Assembly (NCBI GenBank): GCA_001831095.1 | Contig: MIDP01000011.1 | Coordinates: 5,608 to 69,607, forward strand | Length of the DNA: 64,000 nt | Reading direction: 5' to 3' | Source of the DNA: Verrucomicrobia bacterium GWF2_51_19 | GTDB taxonomy: Bacteria; Verrucomicrobiota; Verrucomicrobiia; Opitutales; UBA12508 | In this document: in pieces, positions 27,644 to 34,678 of the stretch | How positions within the stretch are numbered: position 1 is the stretch's first letter | How the letters are laid out: every line of letters begins with the position of its first letter | Program-made: the position numbers and the translations under genes | The notes under the pieces: model-generated | Seen by the model: the letters and a program-made list of their open reading frames with translations, nothing else | What the model was told of the DNA's origin: nothing | Database searches by the model: none

Positions 27644-28525
27644 TTATTTTTGAGCGGGCGCTTGAGTCGGTTGTTCCGCTGGCTTGGCAGGCTCGGCTAC
27701 GGGTGCAACGACATCCGCTGGCTTGGCAGGCTCGGCTACGGGTGCAACGACATCCGCTGGCTTAGCAACTTCCGCTGGCTTAGCAACTTCCGCTGGCTTA
27801 GCAACTTCCGCTGGCTTAGCAACTTCCGCTGGCTTAGCAACATCCGCTGGCTTAGCAGGCTCGACAACGGGTGTTGCTACCTCGGCGGGCTTCTCAGGAG
27901 CTGCTGTGGTTGGCGCTTCATCCTTAGTTTCAGGCGCAACCGCGATTATCGTTTCAGGCTGGTACAGCTTTTCTACCTCTGCAATGATTTTTATGGAATG
28001 CGTGCCGCAACCCACGATATATTCTTTGTTGCCATTTTTGACGAGCTTGACAAAGGACATTTTTTCGGTCGGTTTGTTGTCTCCAGGCTTGACCCACATG
28101 TACTTGACCCAAGCTTCACCACGGGCGTCCGTCTTAACCTTTCGATTCATCTCGGCGATAAAGTAATTGCCTTTGACGTCCCGAAGCTTGTTAGATTCAC
28201 GTCCTTCGAGCTTTGGCTTGACAGGATGCATGACAAAAAGACCGTCCGGGCTGTGAATCCAAATGTAGGTTCCACTGAAAATGAATGAGCTGTCTTTCCC
28301 TCTGAATTTCGGAAAAGCCGCCTCGCCCTCTTTCTCAATAAGGACCGCGCCCTCTCTCACCTTTTGCGTGATGAGGTCAGCGCTGATGGAGTCATTCTCT
28401 GTCGCGACGCATTTAGCTGAGCTCTCTTCTGCCAGATCATCGACATTGGTAGCCCTGAGGTAGGCAAAAGAGGTTAATCCGAGCAATATAGCTCCGGCCA
28501 ATAAATAAGGTCTGAATTTTTCCAT
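27644..28525 (-). CDS. secreted single-Cache-domain protein with repetitive PAEVAK / PADVVAPVAEPAK C-terminal tail
   Basis: 293 aa with a signal peptide (LLAGAILLGLTSFA). The Cache-like core is FIFSGTYIWIHSPDGLFVMHPVKPKLEGRESNKLRDVKGNYF...EAWVKYMWVKPG. The proline-rich tandem tail is encoded by the repeats at 27676-27861. Confidence 0.75.
   Translation of the reverse strand: MEKFRPYLLAGAILLGLTSFAYLRATNVDDLAEESSAKCVATENDSISADLITQKVREGAVLIEKEGEAAFPKFRGKDSSFIFSGTYIWIHSPDGLFVMHPVKPKLEGRESNKLRDVKGNYFIAEMNRKVKTDARGEAWVKYMWVKPGDNKPTEKMSFVKLVKNGNKEYIVGCGTHSIKIIAEVEKLYQPETIIAVAPETKDEAPTTAAPEKPAEVATPVVEPAKPADVAKPAEVAKPAEVAKPAEVAKPAEVAKPADVVAPVAEPAKPADVVAPVAEPAKPAEQPTQAPAQK
27676..27861. repeat. in-frame coding tandem repeats (2 x 39 bp, then about 6 x 18 bp)
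   Basis: ccgctggcttggcaggctcggctacgggtgcaacgacat appears twice (27676-27753), followed by ccgctggcttagcaactt units from 27754. Confidence 0.95.
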
Positions 28526-28608
28526 AGTACCAAAGGTTGTTGTCTTTCATTGTTAAATCGAAATACAGGAAAGTCAATACAAGAACGATTCACTTGAAAA
28601 CACTTCCA

Positions 28609-28929
28609 TCAATCATTAGCGACATTTTATTACCGCGCATCGGTTTTCCGATGCGCCCTGGATGCGCCTACAGAAGTACTAACTCCCTCCAACTCTGCGT
28701 GTAACAACACGCCCTGGATGTGCTTTGAATCTATCCGCCTACAGCTCTGCGTGTGGCAACACGCCCTGGATGCGCCGTTAGAGAGCTCGGCGGGTCTAGG
28801 GAGCCGTTGGTGGCGCACTCCTTCAGTCTCCGAGAGCGGATTTTGCTGTAAAAAAACAAGATATTTGAATGGATTTGTCGCTGTTTTTAGAAAGGAATCT
28901 TTAAATATAGTATTTTTATAAAAAGTCAA
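28609..28929 (-). ncRNA. candidate outward transcript H6 (leader X, two S modules, short tail)
   Basis: Minus-strand TTGACT 28929..28924, 14 nt, TATATT 28909..28904. Followed by the core, hairpins GCGTGT-ggca-ACACGC and GCGTGT-aaca-ACACGC, and GCGCATCGG-tttt-CCGATGCGC. Confidence 0.3.
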
Positions 28930-29105
28930 GCTTTTTCGTGTTTTTTTTGCGCTGCGGTATAACTGATCTTGGTGCGTAATTCACAAAGAATAATCTCGAT
29001 TCCCGCATACCAGGCCGCAGCCAACTTATACGCTATAGCTCGACGGACTTGATGCTGCATTGGGCGTTATATGCTATGTATGTCGGCCCTGAATTTAGCC
29101 TCGAC
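28609..29105. repeat. A-element copy A3, truncated (one half-unit plus central region, interrupted by A4)
   Basis: Left terminus tCAATCATTAGCGA at 28609-28622. The central region ends ...gaatttagcctcgac at 29105, directly abutting the terminus of A4. The Y-side half-unit is missing. Confidence 0.85.
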
Positions 29106-29468
29106 CTCAATCATTAGCGAAAAATAAGTCATATCGGTTGCGTTGCCTGTCTAATTGACGCCTGTATGGTCATGTGTGCTCTAATGTAAATTTCACCAAA
29201 TGGTGAAAACGCTTTCCTAAAAATTTAACCGGTTTGCGGTGAATGCGTCTCCAGAAGTACTAACTCCCTCAAGCTCTGCGTGTGACAACACGCCCTCGAT
29301 GCGCCGTTAGAGAGCTCGGCGAGTCTAGGGAGCTGTTGGTGTCGCACTCCTTCTGGGCCCGAAAGCGGCTTTGGATGATTTTAAAAAAAATATCGGATAT
29401 TGATGATGATTTTAAATATTCAAATTTTTGTATTTAATATCCAATATGGTTTTTAAACAAAAAGTCAA
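29106..29468 (-). ncRNA. candidate outward transcript H7 (leader Y, long tail)
   Basis: Minus-strand TTGACT 29468..29463, 14 nt, CATATT 29448..29443. Followed by the core, GCGTGT-gaca-ACACGC and the long tail. Confidence 0.3.
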
Positions 29469-29543
29469 GCTTTTTCGCAATAAATCGTCGAGGCTAGATT
29501 CAGTGCCGACATACACAGCTATATAACGCCCAACGCAGCATCA

Positions 29544-29795
29544 AAGCCGTCGAGTTGCAGCGCATAAGCTCATTGCAACCCTTCGTGCGAAAACGAAGCC
29601 GTCGAATTGCAGCGCATAAGCTGCATGTAGCCCAGAATGCGGCATCAAAGCCGTCGAATTGCAGCGCATAAGCTGCATGTAGCCCAGAATGCGGCATCAA
29701 AGCCGTCGAGTTGCAGCGCATAAGCTGCATGTAGCCCAGAATGCGGCATCAAAGCCGTCGAGTTGCAGCGCATAAGCTCGTTGCAGCCCAGAATG
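29544..29795. repeat. 52-bp tandem repeat array, about 5 units (inverted relative to 25570-26037)
   Basis: aagccgtcga(g/a)ttgcagcgcataagc recurs at 29544, 29596, 29648, 29700 and 29752, with exact 52-bp spacing. Three units carry a private variant ctgcatgtagcc. Confidence 0.95.
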
Positions 29796-29873
29796 CGGGA
29801 ATCGAGATTGTTTTTTTGGATTATGTAAATATTAAAAGAGCTTCTGCCGCGCCGAAAATTTTTACGAAAAAGC

Positions 29874-30146
29874 TTGACTTTTTATAAAAATACTATAATC
29901 GAGTATCTTATCTAAAAACAGCGATAAATCAATTCCAATATCTTGTTTTTACAGCCAAAGCCGCTCTCGAAGGCTGAAGGAGTGCGCCACAAAAGGCTCC
30001 CGAGACCCGCCGAGCTCTCTAACGGCGCATCGAGGGCGTGTTGACACACGCAGAGTTGGATGGAGTCAATACTTGTAATGAAATGATGCATCCAGTGCGC
30101 ATCGAAAAACCGATTCGCGGGCAAAAAATTTCGCTAATGATTGAGG
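29874..30146 (+). ncRNA. candidate outward transcript H8 (leader X, short tail)
   Basis: TTGACT 29874-29879, 14 nt, TATAAT 29894-29899. Followed by the core, GCGTGT-tgac-ACACGC, and a degenerate terminal hairpin. Confidence 0.3.
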
Positions 30147-30208
30147 GTGATTCAGCGTTGCTGATTTTTTTATTGACGGGCATGGCAAATAATTGAGTAA
30201 TGCTAAGT

Positions 30209-30358
30209 ATGAAGCAGTTCATTTTACTCTCGATAGCGTTGTTTGTGCTCGTCGGTTGTGCGACGACGGAACAAGAAAATACTGAGGCGCGCAAAAACTC
30301 GACGCTTCCATGGGCAAAGCCGGCGAGTTGGGAAGGCGGCCTCCCGGGACTGCGTTAA
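30209..30358 (+). CDS. small putative lipoprotein (49 aa)
   Basis: Found manually because it is below the track cutoff. Sequence MKQFILLSIALFVLVGCATTEQ..., with a signal peptide and lipobox LVGC. It ends 4 nt before the rsmE ATG. Confidence 0.45.
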   Translation: MKQFILLSIALFVLVGCATTEQENTEARKNSTLPWAKPASWEGGLPGLR

Positions 30359-30362
30359 ACGC

Positions 30363-31067
30363 ATGAACGTTTTTGAACGATCTTTTGGCGAACAGGCAAG
30401 GCTTTCTAGAGAAGAGAGTCATCATTTGGTTCGTGTTTTGAGGGCGCGTGTGGGTGACGCCGTTAATGTCTTAAATGGCGAAGGTGCTGTGGGCGTGGGT
30501 CGGCTGATCGATGCAAGCATTCCGGCCATTATTCGCATTGAAGAACGCAAGCAATACACGCGACCGGAGCCCCAAATCACACTTGGCATCTGCATTCCAA
30601 AGGGCAAGACCTTTGACTCTCTGCTGAAAAAGATCACGGAAATCGGCCTGTTTGACGTTTGCCCATTGCTGTCTGAGCGGACGGAAGTAAAACTCGACGC
30701 CGAAACGTCTGCCAAAAAGGCCGAACATTGGGAGCAGACCTGTATCGAGGCTTGCAAACAGTCATCCAACCCGTTTTTGCCCAAAATTCAAAAACCAAGC
30801 ACCTTGCAATCCTTTTTAGAGGCCTGTGACGCCGATTTAAAGATCGTTGCTAGCCTCGAGCCCGCTAGCCAGCCTCTGCTCGCAACGTTGAGGCCGTCAA
30901 AGCGTGTTGCCATGCTCGTGGGCCCCGAAGGAGACTTTTCTCCAGCCGAATACAGCCAAATCCGGACATGCGGCTTTCTGGCAACTTCTCTGGGCCGTAA
31001 CGTCCTCCGTGTAGAGACGGCAGTTGTCTACGCGTTGTCTGTCATCCACGCCGCGAGTTTGAGGTAA
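30363..31067 (+). CDS. rsmE: 16S rRNA (uracil1498-N3)-methyltransferase RsmE
   Basis: The N-terminal PUA-like region has EESHHLVRVLRARVGDAV, and the C-terminal SPOUT region has VGPEGDFSPAE and LGRNVLRVETA. The start was moved to ATG 30363; the track ORF starts at 30243. Confidence 0.85.
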   Translation: MNVFERSFGEQARLSREESHHLVRVLRARVGDAVNVLNGEGAVGVGRLIDASIPAIIRIEERKQYTRPEPQITLGICIPKGKTFDSLLKKITEIGLFDVCPLLSERTEVKLDAETSAKKAEHWEQTCIEACKQSSNPFLPKIQKPSTLQSFLEACDADLKIVASLEPASQPLLATLRPSKRVAMLVGPEGDFSPAEYSQIRTCGFLATSLGRNVLRVETAVVYALSVIHAASLR

Positions 31068-31195
31068 TTGACAACGGGCTTTTTGAACACTTAAAAGCCC
31101 CTCACGCATTTTTCAACGGCCTTTGATTGGCGACCCGTTTTTTAAAACATTGCTTTTCTTGCTTTTTAGTTAAAAATGAAAGGCCGTCACTTTTT

Positions 31196-31558
31196 ATGCT
31201 TGTCTTATCTGTAGCTCTCGGTGGTGCATTGGGTGCGTTGGCGCGATTGGGCCTGATGCAAGGCCTCCAATCTCTTTTTGGCGGAACGTTTCCTTACGCG
31301 ACGTTTGTCATCAACATTACTGGATCCTTTGCGCTCGGGTTTCTGCTCGAAATCTTTACCTGGACGTGGAACCCGTCTGCCGACACGAAGGCCTTTCTCG
31401 TCACCGGGTTTCTCGGAGCCTTCACCACATTCTCCACGTTCAGCATGGACATCGTCTTTCTCTTGCAAAAACGTGCTATGCTCGAAGCCGCTCTCTACGT
31501 CGCTGGCTCTGTTTTTTTCTCTCTAATAGGGTTTATTGCCGGCATGAAATGCGTCTAA
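31196..31558 (+). CDS. crcB: fluoride ion channel CrcB/FluC
   Basis: GGALGALARL, FPYATFVINITGSFALGF, GFLGAFTTFSTFS. The start was moved to ATG 31196, giving 120 aa. Confidence 0.88.
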   Translation: MLVLSVALGGALGALARLGLMQGLQSLFGGTFPYATFVINITGSFALGFLLEIFTWTWNPSADTKAFLVTGFLGAFTTFSTFSMDIVFLLQKRAMLEAALYVAGSVFFSLIGFIAGMKCV

Positions 31559-31559
31559 A

Positions 31560-31830
31560 AAAAGACCGCTCCAAAATGTCCTATAGCGTCGTTCGGGCTA
31601 AGTCACCTACCTCAAGTACGCTCCTGTCGCCCTCGCTCCTCGGGCCTTGCTATAGACGCATTTTGAAGCGGTCTTATGTCGTTGGTATTCTTTTAGTTAG
31701 ATTAAAGAATGGATACTACTGACTTTGCGCGAGTACGATTCGGCCGTAGTTGCATGGCTATCACTCCGGCTTCGCCAATTTTTTAAAGCGAAACACAAAA
31801 ATGCATGCATTTTTGCGCCGGTCTTTTGTT
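31560..31830 (-). repeat. R2-linker-R1 composite repeat (C3, R2 internally rearranged)
   Basis: On the minus strand it begins immediately after the stop (31829-31831) of ORF 31829..32389. The R1 part is 31562-31675. Confidence 0.85.
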
Positions 31831-32389
31831 AGAGATCTTCGGTTTTCTTCTGTTCTGTAGGTATTCCCGATAGGTCCATTTGGGCGATGAGGAGTATATT
31901 GAGCACGTCCTTGAGGTCGCTGGATTCGCATTCGAGGGCATGGGTCTTTTGGTTGAGCGACATCATCAGTGTTTTGAAGGACGCTGAGAGCTGTTGAGAA
32001 AAGAATTTCAGTTCGCGCTCGACGTTGAAAAAGGACTTCGGTGGATGGATTTCGCATTCCGCATAGGCCTTTTGGATGGGAACCAAGATGTCGGCAGAAA
32101 GTTCGGCTATATCGTGTGAGGCTTGGATGAGGTTTTCGACCGCGTTGATAAACGGTCCCATATTTTGGAGCAAAGATTTGATCCGGATGGACGATTCACG
32201 GATTTGGTCCTTGGTCAATGGGTGAATGCGAACCAATTCATCGCGTTCATCGGCAATTGCTTTCGCTAACAGGGCATCTTTTTCTTTGTCTTCCATGACA
32301 GCTCTCTCCGTTGAGGTTTGATACTGCATACATCGACATGGATAGGGAAAACATAAGCCAAAAGTTCCTCGCGAAATGAGAATTTTCAC
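31829..32389 (-). CDS. hypothetical protein (helical)
   Basis: 186-aa ORF. A likelier start is Met at 32296 (MEDKEKDALLAK...). No family recognised. Confidence 0.55.
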   Translation of the reverse strand: MKILISRGTFGLCFPYPCRCMQYQTSTERAVMEDKEKDALLAKAIADERDELVRIHPLTKDQIRESSIRIKSLLQNMGPFINAVENLIQASHDIAELSADILVPIQKAYAECEIHPPKSFFNVERELKFFSQQLSASFKTLMMSLNQKTHALECESSDLKDVLNILLIAQMDLSGIPTEQKKTEDL

Positions 32390-32395
32390 CTAAAA

Positions 32396-32512
32396 AGACC
32401 GCTTCAAAAGGGTCTCCAGGCCCGAGGAGCGAGGGCGACAGGAGCGTACGTTGGTACGTGACTTAGCCCGAACGACGAGAACGCCGCTAGAGGCCATTTT
32501 CAAGCGGTCTTT
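32396..32512. repeat. R1 quasi-palindromic repeat (solo copy)
   Basis: Sequence aagaccgcttcaaaagggtctccaggcccgaggagcgagggcgacagg...gccgctagaggccattttcaagcggtctt. Lies in the divergent region upstream of lptD. Confidence 0.88.
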
Positions 32513-32560
32513 CTGATTTTGTGCTTTTCTTTCGCTATTTCTGAGTTATATTGAGCAGCG

Positions 32561-34678
32561 GTGAAGACAGCATATATAATATTACTGACGGCCTGTACGC
32601 TCGTTTGGGCAGACGTTCCATCGATCAGTGCCGACGACCCCATTGAGTTCGATGAGGCGACGCAGAGCATGAAGGCGAAAGGTCGGGCGCGCTTGATGCA
32701 CGAAGCGTTTCAGTTGCTCTCTGAAACCATCCAGTTTTACAAGGAGCAAAACCGCATTGAGGCCAAGGGTGACGTCGCCATTGCCGCCAAAGAGATTCGT
32801 CTGATCACACCAGCAGTGTCGTGCGATATGAAAAAGGGCACTATCGATTCCGACACCTTTAGACTTGGCAAATTCCCGTTTTTCGTCGAAGGCAACAACA
32901 TCGATGGCGCCGTCAAGGACCTCCATGCCGATCACGCTACACTCTATTATGGTGAGCCAGACCCCTTTGCCCTCAATATTCGTTCGCGCACGATGGAGCT
33001 CGAGGACCTCAAAATCCTAAAATTGCGCCATTCCGTCCTTCGCATCGGCAAGGTGCCATTCTTCTATCTCCCTTATTATCAGAAAGATATAACAGACGAA
33101 TCAACGGTTCGCTGGAATGGATCGTATGGATTTGACAAGGAATTGGGCAAATACGTGCGCAACGAGGTCCTTTTCAGCTTGGGTCATCCGATCAAGCCAG
33201 GTTTTTTGCTCGATTACTACAGCAAACACGGGTTTATGTACGGTCCTGCGGCTGAGTATAAGGGGAAGGACTTCGATGGATCCCTCTTGACTGGCTATAT
33301 GCGCGACACCGGTAATCGCGGTTCGGATCGCTTTGCTCGACCCATTTCGGAATCGCGTGGCTTTGCGCGTTGGTACCACGTTCAGGGCTTTGGGGAGTCC
33401 ATTGACGCGACGGTAAAAGTCGATTGGTCGAAGGATCAGGAAATTTTGCGTGACTTTCGCCCAAATGAGTTCGACAAAAACCAGTACCCAGACAACTTTG
33501 CCGAGGTCGCCTATCGCGGAGAACAGACGATCGTCTCGGCCTTCACGCGCTTTGCCCCCAACAACTTTCAGCTGATTGAGCAACGTCTGCCGGAAGTGCG
33601 CGTCGATTTCATGCCGTACAAGGTTGGCGAAAGTTCACTCTACCTCGATGGCTTTTTGAGCTACGCCCACTTAAGAGAGCGCCGGCTGCCGTTTGCGGCG
33701 ACCGAAAAGCGCCACTCAGACCGCGTCGACAGCTACATCGGCGCCCGTTACCCACTTGCGCACGGCGATTGGGTAACTTTTACACCCGTTGTCGGCGCCC
33801 GCGTCACCCACTACGCCAACACCTCGACAGAGAAATCCTCATACACTCGCGGCCTTGGTCAGGTCGGCTTTGACCTCAATTGCAAAGGTTACCGCTATTG
33901 GGACTTTTCCAACAAGACCTGGAACATCGATGGCCTCAAACATCGCATTCAGCCATTTCTCTCCTACCGCTATATTCCCAAAGCCAGCCAAGGCAGCGCC
34001 GACATTCCCCAAATCGACCGCGAAAACGACAATGCCAACCGCATCAATTACCCCATTATCGACCTCGAACACCTCCGCAATACCGATGAACTCTACGAAA
34101 TGAACATCCTGCGTTTCGGCGCCACCAACTTCCTCCAGACGCGTTCGGGAATCTTTTCACGCGACCTCGTCAAGCTAGACCTCTTCCAGGACTTCCGTTT
34201 CGCCCGACACAATACCCAAAAGACCTTGTCCGATTTCTACTCCATCTTCAACCTAACGCCTGCGCCCTGGGTCTCCTTCGACTGGAAAAACCGCTATAAT
34301 TGGGAAAGCCACTCTCTCGCCGAGACTCGCACGACAACCACATTTACAGACAGCGATGTCTGGAAGTTGTCGCTCTCCTCAAGCTTTCTTAAAGACAAGA
34401 CTCACGAGTACTCTATTGATGGCAAAATCCGCCTCAGCCTCCGTTACGCCATCAAGGCAAAGCTCACTTACAACGAGCTCGCCAGGCGTGTCACGGACCA
34501 GCGGTACATTTTTGAGGGCCACCTCGGCCGCAATTGGCGCTACGAAATCTACGCCCTCATCCGCCACAACGACTCCCGCAAAACTTCCGAGTACGGCATC
34601 GCGTTTGAGCTCCTTGACCTCCTGTCTTCACGCCAACTCGCACTATATAGTGAAGATAGCAGCAGAAAGGGCAAATAA
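32561..34678 (+). CDS. lptD: LPS-assembly outer-membrane protein LptD (OstA family)
   Basis: 705 aa with a signal peptide, an OstA_N-like N-terminal region and a long aromatic-rich beta-barrel-like C-terminal region. GTG start per the track. Confidence 0.65.
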   Translation: MKTAYIILLTACTLVWADVPSISADDPIEFDEATQSMKAKGRARLMHEAFQLLSETIQFYKEQNRIEAKGDVAIAAKEIRLITPAVSCDMKKGTIDSDTFRLGKFPFFVEGNNIDGAVKDLHADHATLYYGEPDPFALNIRSRTMELEDLKILKLRHSVLRIGKVPFFYLPYYQKDITDESTVRWNGSYGFDKELGKYVRNEVLFSLGHPIKPGFLLDYYSKHGFMYGPAAEYKGKDFDGSLLTGYMRDTGNRGSDRFARPISESRGFARWYHVQGFGESIDATVKVDWSKDQEILRDFRPNEFDKNQYPDNFAEVAYRGEQTIVSAFTRFAPNNFQLIEQRLPEVRVDFMPYKVGESSLYLDGFLSYAHLRERRLPFAATEKRHSDRVDSYIGARYPLAHGDWVTFTPVVGARVTHYANTSTEKSSYTRGLGQVGFDLNCKGYRYWDFSNKTWNIDGLKHRIQPFLSYRYIPKASQGSADIPQIDRENDNANRINYPIIDLEHLRNTDELYEMNILRFGATNFLQTRSGIFSRDLVKLDLFQDFRFARHNTQKTLSDFYSIFNLTPAPWVSFDWKNRYNWESHSLAETRTTTTFTDSDVWKLSLSSSFLKDKTHEYSIDGKIRLSLRYAIKAKLTYNELARRVTDQRYIFEGHLGRNWRYEIYALIRHNDSRKTSEYGIAFELLDLLSSRQLALYSEDSSRKGK

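Larger units (their letters stand above)
29106..30146. repeat. A-element copy A4 (1041 bp, complete, with 5-unit array)
   Basis: Termini are CTCAATCATTAGCGA (29106-29120) and TCGCTAATGATTGAGG (30131-30146). Same architecture as the right part of A2 but inverted. Confidence 0.92.

Noticed and set aside
26437-28288. Plus-strand ORFs 26437..27165 (242 aa), 27416..28288 (290 aa, WLSNFR repeats) and 27684..28166
   Set aside because: They are antisense to the 396-aa and Cache-domain genes. The WLSNFR/LATSAG repeats are the antisense and alternate-frame readings of the PAEVAK DNA repeats. The sense proteins have a signal peptide and recognisable domains.
31068-31195. Possible fluoride riboswitch upstream of crcB
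   Set aside because: I looked for the crcB-motif pseudoknot core as I remember it and could not find it. The region contains only a GGGCTTTT...AAAAGCCC hairpin, likely the rsmE terminator. A cmscan with the Rfam fluoride riboswitch model would settle it.
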